58,300 bases of DNA. Origin: Salinimicrobium sp. Lineage in GTDB: Bacteria > Bacteroidota > Bacteroidia > Flavobacteriales > Flavobacteriaceae. How positions within the stretch are numbered: position 1 is the first letter of the stretch; every line of letters starts with the position of its first letter. The stretch spans positions 1 through 58,300 of the forward strand of contig JBAVJB010000068.1 of NCBI GenBank assembly GCA_049687495.1, read 5' to 3'. The notes beneath the pieces were generated by a model. It saw only the letters and a list, made by a program, of their open reading frames with translations, was not told the DNA's origin and ran no database searches. This document shows, one piece after another, positions 44,382-53,965 of this stretch. The position numbers were made by a program, and so were the translations under genes.

Positions 44382-44854
44382 GAATAGAGTTCCTTAATTC
44401 GTTTTTCAAATCCGTCTTTGATACTCTTGATAAAGTCTTCCCTGTTGGTAATGTACATGGAAAAGACGTAGAGGATCTTCTTGTCTTCAGAAACATCCAG
44501 GCTCAGCGTACCCGGCGTGAGCGTAATAAGGTTGGCCAGCATGGTTATCTCGCTGTCAGATCTTATGTCAAGCGGCACTCCCACAATTCCCGGGGTCATA
44601 AAGAACTTTGGCGTTCCCATTTCCCATGCTACCTGCAGGTTTGCTTTTACAAGCTCCTTCAGAAAAAAGAAAAAGAAAGAGATCACCTTGGGCACCATTC
44701 TGAAATAGCGCGCCCGGCCACTGCCGCGTGTGATCACGAGCAGAATGAGATAACTCAGGAAAAAACCGAAAATCACATTGGCAAAAACAAAATTCCCGGT
44801 AAGAGCTACCCAGACGAAAGTGAGCAATAGGTTTGCTAAAAATCTGTTTTTCAT
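44378..44854 (-). CDS. mrpE: Mrp Na+/H+ antiporter subunit E
   Basis: [25 protein letters not shown]. Confidence 0.93.
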   Translation of the reverse strand: MKNRFLANLLLTFVWVALTGNFVFANVIFGFFLSYLILLVITRGSGRARYFRMVPKVISFFFFFLKELVKANLQVAWEMGTPKFFMTPGIVGVPLDIRSDSEITMLANLITLTPGTLSLDVSEDKKILYVFSMYITNREDFIKSIKDGFEKRIKELYS

Positions 44855-44867
44855 CTTCTGTTAATTT

Positions 44868-46376
44868 CTATCTCTGCAACACAGCATTTATATACTCCTG
44901 ATTGTCCATAAGTTCAAAGGCGATCCTGGAGGCCAGCCTTTGAATATTTTCGGCGCCAAAGCCTATGTAAAGCGATATAATGGACAAAAAGATGATAGGC
45001 GCGATCATCTGGGTCTTTTTAATACCCGATAATTTCTGAAAATACGGAAAATTCCGGGGTTTTTGAACTTCTTTTCCGGTTTTCCAGAAGACCTCGCCCC
45101 ACAATTTCACGATCACCACCAGGGTAATAAAACTCGCAAATATAATCGCCCCAATGAGCAAATAGTTCTCTGTTGCCCAACCGGCGCCAATAAGCGATAG
45201 CTTTGGCCAGAATCCCGAAAGCGGTGGAATTCCCACCAGGGAGAACAGCGGGATCGCGAACAACAAACTCATTTTTGGATAGTTCGCGTAAAAATCTCCC
45301 AGCTTCCTCATGGAATGTGTGGCTTTGATCTTATAGATCACCCCGCTCACCATGAAGAGGTTCGTCTTTACGATGATATCATGGATGAGGTAAAAAATGG
45401 CTCCTGTAAGTGCGACCTTGGTCATCATGCCAAGACCCGCGATCATATACCCAATGTGGCAGATTACCAGGTAAGAGAATACTTTCCTAATGTTGTTTTG
45501 CACGATAGCTCCAATTGCTCCTGAAAAAAGCGTGAGGACAGCGATCGCTAAAAGCACGTTTTCAAGGAGTGCATCAACTTCAAAAATAAGCGTGAATACC
45601 CTGATAAGCGCATACACTCCAACCTTGGTAAGCAGCCCGCCAAAAATAGAAGACACTGCCGAGGGTGGCGTGTGATAAGACGCCGGCAACCAGAAATACA
45701 GCGGGAAAACCGCCGATTTTATTCCGAAGCCAACGAGGAACAGCAGCGCATTGACCTGCACCAGGGTTCGGTTTTCAACTGCCGCTACTTTTCCGGCGAG
45801 GTCGGCCATGTTAAGGCTTCCTGTAAGTCCGTAGAGCACTGCTATTGCCGTAAGAAAGACGATAGACGCGAGAATATTCAGCGTAAAATATTTTACAGCT
45901 CCTTCCAGCTGGGCTTTTTCACCACCAAGGGTAAGCAGTACAAAGGAGGTGATAATAATGATCTCAAACCACACATAAAGGTTGAAAAGGTCACCGGTAA
46001 TAAATGCCCCGTTAAGCCCTAAAAGCAAAAAATGGAAGATGGGGAAAAAACCGAACTTCAGCCTCGCAGGAATAACCGAGCCTGAAGAAAAACTTGAAAC
46101 GGCCAACCCGGCGCATGCGGTGAGCAGCACCAAAGTAGCCGAAAAGGTATCCACGGCAAAGGTGATCCCAAATGGCGGTGCCCAATTACCTGCCTGCACG
46201 GTTTGCGTGCCGTACCTCCAAACGGTGGTAAAAAGCCAGATGGCCACACCCAAATTGAGCGTGCTGCCAACCACACTAATGGTCTTTTGCCAGCTAATTC
46301 TACTCCATGAGAACATGAGCACAATGGCCAGGAACATTTGTAGCAGTAGGGGGAAAATAACTAACTGTTCGGTCAT
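44868..46376 (-). CDS. mrpD: Mrp Na+/H+ antiporter subunit D
   Basis: GNWAPPFGI, TGDLFNLYVWFE, IKSAVFPLYFWLP, LLTKVGVY. Confidence 0.95.
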   Translation of the reverse strand: MTEQLVIFPLLLQMFLAIVLMFSWSRISWQKTISVVGSTLNLGVAIWLFTTVWRYGTQTVQAGNWAPPFGITFAVDTFSATLVLLTACAGLAVSSFSSGSVIPARLKFGFFPIFHFLLLGLNGAFITGDLFNLYVWFEIIIITSFVLLTLGGEKAQLEGAVKYFTLNILASIVFLTAIAVLYGLTGSLNMADLAGKVAAVENRTLVQVNALLFLVGFGIKSAVFPLYFWLPASYHTPPSAVSSIFGGLLTKVGVYALIRVFTLIFEVDALLENVLLAIAVLTLFSGAIGAIVQNNIRKVFSYLVICHIGYMIAGLGMMTKVALTGAIFYLIHDIIVKTNLFMVSGVIYKIKATHSMRKLGDFYANYPKMSLLFAIPLFSLVGIPPLSGFWPKLSLIGAGWATENYLLIGAIIFASFITLVVIVKLWGEVFWKTGKEVQKPRNFPYFQKLSGIKKTQMIAPIIFLSIISLYIGFGAENIQRLASRIAFELMDNQEYINAVLQR

Positions 46377-46726
46377 GAGTATTCGTCTGTTGCGTTCATT
46401 TCATCTAAATCATCTGTCTTCACCACTTTATGCGCCCTTTTCACGAGAATAATGGCAAAGGACTGCAGCCCAAAGCTGATCACGATAGCGGTGAGGATAA
46501 GTGCCTGCGGAAGCGGATCTGAATACGCCTGCAGGAAAACATTGGAATCCTCGGGAATGATGGGAGGATGCCCTTTGGCGATCCTTCCGAGCAAAAATAT
46601 CAGCAGGTTGGCCCCGTTACCCAGCAGAATGATCCCGATGATCAACTTCACAAGGCTACGCCTAAGGATCATGTAGATCCCCGCCGCATATAAGGTCCCA
46701 ACCATTACTGCCAAAAGAATTTCCAT
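46373..46726 (-). CDS. mrpC: Mrp Na+/H+ antiporter subunit C
   Basis: DPLPQALILTAIVISFG motif. Confidence 0.95.
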   Translation of the reverse strand: MEILLAVMVGTLYAAGIYMILRRSLVKLIIGIILLGNGANLLIFLLGRIAKGHPPIIPEDSNVFLQAYSDPLPQALILTAIVISFGLQSFAIILVKRAHKVVKTDDLDEMNATDEYS

Positions 46727-46729
46727 AGT

Positions 46730-47143
46730 TTATGTAGATTCAGAAATGGTAAAAATTATCGTTAATGTGACTCCAACCACCACAAGGTAAACGCCAATGT
46801 CAAAGAACATCGCTGTTCCCACATTTCCCAAAACCGGAAGGTGGTGAGGATACCAGGTTCCCGTCATGAACGGGTTCTGCTTAAGGATCATTGGAACCAA
46901 GCCACTCAAATAGGAGATTCCAAGGCCGGTAGGCATAAGGAATCCCGGGTGAAACCTGAGCAGGTTTTTAGTGTCGCTTAATCCGTTGGCAAAAGCATGC
47001 AGAACGAAGGCTATGGAGGCGATAAGACCACCCACAAAGCCACCGCCGGGCAGGTAATGCCCTCGCAGCAATATGAACACCGAAAATACAAGCAGCAAAG
47101 GCAGCATGTAGTTTGATGCGGTTCTTAAAATGATGGTTTTCAT
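46730..47143 (-). CDS. mrpB: Mrp Na+/H+ antiporter subunit B
   Basis: RGHYLPGGGFVGGL, FDIGVYLVVVG. Confidence 0.95.
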   Translation of the reverse strand: MKTIILRTASNYMLPLLLVFSVFILLRGHYLPGGGFVGGLIASIAFVLHAFANGLSDTKNLLRFHPGFLMPTGLGISYLSGLVPMILKQNPFMTGTWYPHHLPVLGNVGTAMFFDIGVYLVVVGVTLTIIFTISEST

Positions 47144-47155
47144 CCTTTTTATTTT

Positions 47156-49471
47156 TTAGTCTTTTAAGTCTCTGTCTTCCCTTCTCAGCCGCAGTTTGAG
47201 CAAGCTGAACACTCCTAAGGCAGCCACCGTAAGTACCGAGATCTCTATCAAGGTATCAGCTCCCCTAAAGTCTACCAGGATCACGTTCACCACGTTCTTC
47301 CCTTTTGCAATAAGGTAGGAGTTCTGGGCATAGTAATTACTTATCTCTTTGTTTACCGGCTCGCCCAGCACCTCAAGTGAGATCAAGGTGATCAACACTC
47401 CAAAAGCAAGTGAAAGCACGCCGTCAATGATCCTCATCTTATAATCTGAGATCGAAAGGTACTTCGGTAAACTCGAAAGCACCAACACGAACAGGATCAC
47501 TGTTAAAGTGTCGATAGAAAATTGCGTCATAGCCAGGTCAGGTGCGCTGTAGATCACAAACATCAAACAAATTGCATAGCCTACAACTCCCATGGCCACA
47601 ACAGCCGTTAATCGCGATTTCGCGCCCACCACGAAGAAAACCGAGAGGAACATTATTCCCATAATGATCATCTCGTAATAAGTCATGGTATTGAATGACG
47701 AGAAATTCACATGGAACCCGTTCTGCCCGCTGAAGAGCGAATAGGCCGTAAGCACCACCAGGAACAAAATAATGGTGGAAACATAGTTTCTTAAAAAGCC
47801 ATTTTGAAAGATCCTTGTCCACCAGTTTGAAAAGGTCGTGAATCCGGCACTGAAGGCCAGAACGATGTTTTTCGGCGAAATAAACTCCAGTTTCGCGATC
47901 GCCTTTTCTTTTCCTTCGGAAGGTTTTATCAAAAAGTACAGGCCAATTCCGCAGACCAAAGTGATGGCACTTAAGCCAAGAATTTCTGTAAAGCCGTGCC
48001 AGATCTTGAGATGGAGACTGGCTTCTCCTCCAATAGCCGAAACAACCGGCTTGATAATGGTTTCATCAATAATTCCTGGGAAGATCCCAACGAGAATTCC
48101 CAGCAAAGCCAGTAGCATTGGCGGGATCCACATAAGGAAACTCGGCATGTGTACTTTAGAATACCTGTCGGGCAGTTCTCCCGTAAAAGGTTTTATTCCG
48201 GCAATGAACCCGGCGTAAAGCACCAGGATGTTTGTCGCAATAGAAACTACGGTCAGGATGATCGCCCAGTCGCCCATGTCAAGGGTAGCTTCATAAATGA
48301 GATCTTTCCCCAGGAACCCAACCGTCGGCGGAATTCCCCCACTGGAGATGGCCGCGAGAAATCCTGCAATGGCCACCGGCCACATCACCTTCCGAAGTCC
48401 AGATAGTAAAGTGACATTTCTCGTTCCGGTTTCGTGATCGATGATCCCGGTGATAAGGAATAAAGTTGCTTTGTAAAGCGCGTGAACTATGATGTAAACC
48501 GCTGCGGCGGTAAGTGCGAATTCATTTCCAAGACCTATGAGAAACACGAGTACGCCAAGAACCGAAATGGTCGAGTAGGCAAGAACGCCCTTAAGATCTG
48601 TTCTAAATATTGTATGCACAGCCGAATAGAACATGGTCACTGCCCCAACTGTTATAAGGGTTGTATTCCACAGTTCCTGGTTTCCCAGAATAGGAGTAAA
48701 TCTTAACAGCAGGTAAATTCCCGCCTTTACCATTGTAGCGGAATGCAGGTAAGTAGACACCGGCGTTGGCGCTTTCATCGCTCCAGGTAACCAGAAGTGG
48801 AAAGGGAACTGCGCTGATTTTGTGAAGGCCGCACCAAAAATGAGCAGTACGATCCACATATAATTGTCGCTGGCAATGATCATATCGCTTTGGCCAACCA
48901 TTTCCGCAATACTGTAGGTGCCCGCCACGCTGCCAAGCAATAAGGCGCCGGCAAGCAATAGAAATCCGCCCGAGCCGGTTAAGGCAAGAGCAAGAATAGC
49001 CGATTTTCTCGAGGCTTCACTGTTGTTATTAAACCCGATCAGGAAGAACGAACTTATACTGGTAAGCTCCCAAAAAAGGAACATGGAAAGCAGGTTATCA
49101 CTAAGCACCAGGCCAAGCATGGCGCCCATGAACATTCCCAGGTAACCATAGAACCTGTCAAGATACTCGTGCCCCTTGAGGTAAGCTGCGGTATAAGCAA
49201 AGACCAGGAAACCTATCCCGGTAATGAGCAGCGCGAACAAAAGGGAAAGCCCGTCGAGGCTGAAATTCAGGTTAAGCCCCAGTGACGGCACCCATTCATG
49301 AGCCTCGGTGATAATTTCTCCTTCGGAAACTCTTCCGATGAAAGAGAAGAAATAAATGAACAATCCCAGAGGAACAAGAGCAGAAAGTACCGCAAGTTTT
49401 CCTTTAAAGAATTTTCCGGCAAAAGCCAGGAAAACAGAAAAGATAAAACCTGAGAGTATAGCTATAAGCAT
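47156..49471 (-). CDS. mrpA: Mrp Na+/H+ antiporter subunit A
   Basis: FWELTSISSFFLIG, KSAQFPFHFWLPGAMKAPTPVSTYLHSATMVKAG, NVVNVILVDFRG.DT. Confidence 0.96.
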   Translation of the reverse strand: MLIAILSGFIFSVFLAFAGKFFKGKLAVLSALVPLGLFIYFFSFIGRVSEGEIITEAHEWVPSLGLNLNFSLDGLSLLFALLITGIGFLVFAYTAAYLKGHEYLDRFYGYLGMFMGAMLGLVLSDNLLSMFLFWELTSISSFFLIGFNNNSEASRKSAILALALTGSGGFLLLAGALLLGSVAGTYSIAEMVGQSDMIIASDNYMWIVLLIFGAAFTKSAQFPFHFWLPGAMKAPTPVSTYLHSATMVKAGIYLLLRFTPILGNQELWNTTLITVGAVTMFYSAVHTIFRTDLKGVLAYSTISVLGVLVFLIGLGNEFALTAAAVYIIVHALYKATLFLITGIIDHETGTRNVTLLSGLRKVMWPVAIAGFLAAISSGGIPPTVGFLGKDLIYEATLDMGDWAIILTVVSIATNILVLYAGFIAGIKPFTGELPDRYSKVHMPSFLMWIPPMLLALLGILVGIFPGIIDETIIKPVVSAIGGEASLHLKIWHGFTEILGLSAITLVCGIGLYFLIKPSEGKEKAIAKLEFISPKNIVLAFSAGFTTFSNWWTRIFQNGFLRNYVSTIILFLVVLTAYSLFSGQNGFHVNFSSFNTMTYYEMIIMGIMFLSVFFVVGAKSRLTAVVAMGVVGYAICLMFVIYSAPDLAMTQFSIDTLTVILFVLVLSSLPKYLSISDYKMRIIDGVLSLAFGVLITLISLEVLGEPVNKEISNYYAQNSYLIAKGKNVVNVILVDFRGADTLIEISVLTVAALGVFSLLKLRLRREDRDLKD

Positions 49472-49498
49472 AGTGAACGTTCAGAATTGCGTGAAACG

Positions 49499-49506
49499 CA
49501 AATATA
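49499..49506 (-). promoter_or_regulatory. -7 promoter element for the mrp operon
   Basis: TATATTTG 27 bp upstream of the mrpA ATG. Confidence 0.65.
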
Positions 49507-49642
49507 GCAGTAAAAACTGAGGTTTTAAACTTGCCTTTCATTTTTAATAAAGTCACAACAGGTACATCAATCACATGAATTGCGCTCAAAAAGAACCTCA
49601 TTTTTTTAACATTTCTCTCGATAGCATAAAAACAAGAAGTTC

Positions 49643-49659
49643 CAAAAATGACATTTTTG
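49643..49659. repeat. 17-bp palindrome copy (perfect)
   Basis: GAAGTTC-CAAAAATGACATTTTTG-AGCCC; between divergent mrpA and M61. Confidence 0.9.
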
Positions 49660-49758
49660 AGCCCTCCCTTTTCAGCTGCTTCCATTAATAAATATTAGCA
49701 GCAGGAGTAGCTGCAGCTTCAAAAGGATTTTCATAATTTACGGCCTAAAATTTCTTTT

Positions 49759-51531
49759 ATGCGAGCATTGATCCTTTTTCTGCTGATTTCGGCAGCCGGT
49801 TTTAGTCAAACCAATACCTACAACATATCTTTCAAAAATGCCACGCATCACGAGGCGGTGGTAAAAGCCACTTTCCCGGAGGTAGAAAAAGACACTTTCA
49901 AACTCCGAATGAGCCGCAGCTCTCCCGGCCGGTATGCGCTGCATGAATTCGCAAAGAACGTGTATGGCGTGAAGGCCACCAACAGCAAGGGAGAGCCCTT
50001 GGAAATAAGCCGCCCCGATCCTTACTCATGGAACATCACCGGCCATGACGGCAGCGTGAATGTGGAGTACACCCTCTTCGGAAACCGCGCTGACGGAACT
50101 TACACGCAGTTCGACGATACCCATGCGCACATGAACATCCCGTCGACATTTATGTATGCCGATGACCTGAAGCAGCGCCCTGTCAAGGTGACCTTTAACA
50201 CCGAAGGACAGCCCGACTGGAAAGTTGCGACCCAGCTGAAACAGCTCGACAAAAGCACTTTTTTTGCACCAGATTTCTACTACTTCATGGACAGCCCGGT
50301 GGAGATCAGTAATTATGACCTAAGGGAATTTCAGCTGGACGGGCAAACTATCAGGTTTGTGCTGCACCACCCGGGCACGCCGGCCGAACTGGATGAATAC
50401 TGGGAAAAGGTGAAAAAGATCGTGGCCCAGGAAAAAGCGGTTTACGGGGAGCTTCCAGAATATGATTTTGGGCAGTACACCTTCCTGGCAGATTATATGC
50501 CTCAGGTTTCAGGTGACGGCATGGAGCACCGCAACAGCACCATTCTTACCGATGTTGCCAGCCTCGGCGAAGGTGGCATGAAAGAGAACATCGGCACCGT
50601 CGCCCATGAATACTTCCACTCCTGGAACGTTGAGAGAATCCGCCCGGAGTCGCTGGAGCCTTTCAATTTTTCCGAAGCCAATATGAGCGGCGCCCTTTGG
50701 TTTGCCGAAGGTTTTACCAGCTACTACACCAATCTTATCCTCGCCCGTGCGGGCATTCTAAGCCCTCAGGAATACGCAGAGAGCCTTAACGGCACTTTCA
50801 ACTACGTTTGGAACTCTCCTGCCCTGCAGTACTTCAACCCCATTGAAATGAGCTACCAGGCACCTTTTGTGGATGCGGCTACTTCGGTTGACCCTGTGAA
50901 CCGTGAGAACACTTTCATCTCCTATTATTCCTACGGAAGCATGCTCGGGCTCGCTCTTGACCTGAAACTTCGGGAAAAAGGTCTTACCCTGGACGACTTC
51001 ATGAAGCTGATGTGGAAGAAATATGGTAAAACTGAAAAACCTTATGAAATCAAAGACCTGCAGCAAACTTTAGCTGAATACGCTGGGAAAGACTTTGCCG
51101 AAGATTTCTTCAGCAATTACATATACTCTTCAAAAATGCCAAATTACGAAGCTCTTCTGGCGAGCGTTGGTCTTAAGCTGGAAAGGACATCCAAAAATGC
51201 CTTTTTTGGAGCCTCTTTAAGAAATACTTCCGATGGAGTAGAGATCAGCCGAAACCTTGCTCAAAACTCACCGGCTTACAAAGCAGGATTCGACCAGGGA
51301 GACATTCTCCTTTCCGTCGACGGAACAGCAATAAAAGATAAAGCGCAATTTGAGGAGCTGCTAAAAACCAAGCAGCCGGGAGAAACCATACATGTAAAGA
51401 TCAAAAGAAATGGTAAGTCAACAGATAAAAAAGTTATGCTGAAAGAAGATCCTACCTACAGCATCAGCATTGATGAGGCTGCTTCGGCTAAAGCTGTAAA
51501 GGCGAGGGAGGCCTGGTTGTCAAAAAAATGA
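49759..51531 (+). CDS. M61 family glycyl aminopeptidase with C-terminal PDZ domain
   Basis: signal peptide, GMEHRNS, AHEYFHSWN, LWFAEGFTSYY, ISYYSYG, PDZ-like SPAYKAG. Confidence 0.92.
   Translation: MRALILFLLISAAGFSQTNTYNISFKNATHHEAVVKATFPEVEKDTFKLRMSRSSPGRYALHEFAKNVYGVKATNSKGEPLEISRPDPYSWNITGHDGSVNVEYTLFGNRADGTYTQFDDTHAHMNIPSTFMYADDLKQRPVKVTFNTEGQPDWKVATQLKQLDKSTFFAPDFYYFMDSPVEISNYDLREFQLDGQTIRFVLHHPGTPAELDEYWEKVKKIVAQEKAVYGELPEYDFGQYTFLADYMPQVSGDGMEHRNSTILTDVASLGEGGMKENIGTVAHEYFHSWNVERIRPESLEPFNFSEANMSGALWFAEGFTSYYTNLILARAGILSPQEYAESLNGTFNYVWNSPALQYFNPIEMSYQAPFVDAATSVDPVNRENTFISYYSYGSMLGLALDLKLREKGLTLDDFMKLMWKKYGKTEKPYEIKDLQQTLAEYAGKDFAEDFFSNYIYSSKMPNYEALLASVGLKLERTSKNAFFGASLRNTSDGVEISRNLAQNSPAYKAGFDQGDILLSVDGTAIKDKAQFEELLKTKQPGETIHVKIKRNGKSTDKKVMLKEDPTYSISIDEAASAKAVKAREAWLSKK
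51192..51208. repeat. 17-bp palindrome copy (1 mismatch), intragenic
   Basis: CAAAAATGCCTTTTTTG-GAGCCTCT in the M61 linker before the PDZ domain (encodes SKNAFFGAS). Confidence 0.7.
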
Positions 51532-51548
51532 TTTTGGAACCTCTAAAA

Positions 51549-51710
51549 AAAGGTTGGGCTAAAGCCCTATACTCTATTATTTTCTTTTCCGGAGGCTGAA
51601 GCCTCCGGCTATTGATATCTTACCATGAATAGGAACAAGCTCATGAATTGCCTTCGGCTTCAGCCGGAGGATAAATAATTAAAATCTAAAAGGGCTTTAG
51701 CCCAACCTTT
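51549..51710. mobile_element. 162-bp REPIN/MITE-like element with 20-bp perfect terminal inverted repeats and two internal inverted hairpins
   Basis: AAAGGTTGGGCTAAAGCCCT (51549-51568) and its exact reverse complement (51691-51710); internal CCGGAGGCTGAAGCCTCCGG (51589-51608) and CCTTCGGCTTCAGCCGGAGG (51651-51670). Confidence 0.75.
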
Positions 51711-51716
51711 AAAAAC

Positions 51717-51751
51717 AAAAAAACCTGTTGCTTTCGCAACAGGTTTTCTTT
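51717..51751. terminator. intrinsic terminator of atpD-atpC (possibly bidirectional)
   Basis: AAAACCTGTTGC-TTTC-GCAACAGGTTTT with A/T tracts. Confidence 0.85.
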
Positions 51752-51770
51752 TATGGTAGAAACCGTAAGC

Positions 51771-52061
51771 CTAGTCGGCCAGTACGATAACTTTATTGTC
51801 TTTCATTTCAACAACCCCGCCTTCAACAGGAAGCACTAATATCTTGCTGTCTTTAGCATCTCTCTTGAACAGCTTTGAGATCTCTTCAGAATTTACATTG
51901 CTGGAATGGGTAAAAACCCTGATCTCACCTTTATTCAAAACCGAAACTATAGGCGCGTGATTGTTCAACATCTGGAACTGCCCGTTAACGCCCGGCACGC
52001 TCACAGAATCAACTTCTGAACTTAGCAGGACTGCTTCCGGAGTTACTATTTCTAAGTGCAT
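51771..52061 (-). CDS. atpC: F1Fo ATP synthase epsilon subunit (N-terminal domain only)
   Basis: LEIVTPE, VPG..GQFQMLNNHAPIVS.L..G, GGVVE; start set at ATG 52061. Confidence 0.95.
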   Translation of the reverse strand: MHLEIVTPEAVLLSSEVDSVSVPGVNGQFQMLNNHAPIVSVLNKGEIRVFTHSSNVNSEEISKLFKRDAKDSKILVLPVEGGVVEMKDNKVIVLAD

Positions 52062-52070
52062 ATATCTTGA

Positions 52071-52140
52071 AATTTCAAGCTCCAAATTCCAAATTCCAAT
52101 TTAGATGCTATGGAATTTGAAATTTAGAATTTGGGATTTG
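52071..52140. repeat. inverted pair of heptamer arrays (AATTCCA)n ... (TGGAATT)n between atpD and atpC
   Basis: left aatttca agctcca aattcca aattcca; right tggaatt tgaaatt tagaatt tgggatt. Confidence 0.8.
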
Positions 52141-52143
52141 TTA

Positions 52144-53658
<1,515 letters not shown>

Positions 53659-53751
53659 CTATTCCTTTAATGTTTTGTTTTTTTAAATAGCTAAAAAAGA
53701 ACCTGTAACAACTTTAAAATTTTCTAAAAAGTCATTCGCTTTTTCAGGCTG

Positions 53752-53759
53752 CAAAGATA
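53752..53759 (-). promoter_or_regulatory. -7 promoter element for atpD-atpC
   Basis: TATCTTTG upstream of atpD. Confidence 0.65.
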
Positions 53760-53911
53760 GTTTTTTTGCATAAAAGTCTCTAAGAGAAATAACAACTTTT
53801 TTAAAGGTTCCAAAAAGTTGATTTTTAGGCACTTCTTCGGAAGCTGTTCTCCCCCTACAGTTACTGAGCTTAGAACAGAAAACGATTGAGCTTAAAGATT
53901 TCTTCGGAAAT

Positions 53912-53941
53912 AAAAAACCCGAAGCAGCTGCCCCGGGTTTT
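53912..53941 (-). terminator. intrinsic terminator of glmS
   Basis: AAACCCG...CGGGTTT stem with T run on the minus strand. Confidence 0.7.
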
Positions 53942-53965
53942 CTGATATATTTCTGAAAATAACTT

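Noticed and set aside
43687..49471. mrpA-G operon as a novel system
   Set aside because: Canonical group 1 Mrp antiporter with separate A and B subunits; expected in a halotolerant or marine flavobacterium.
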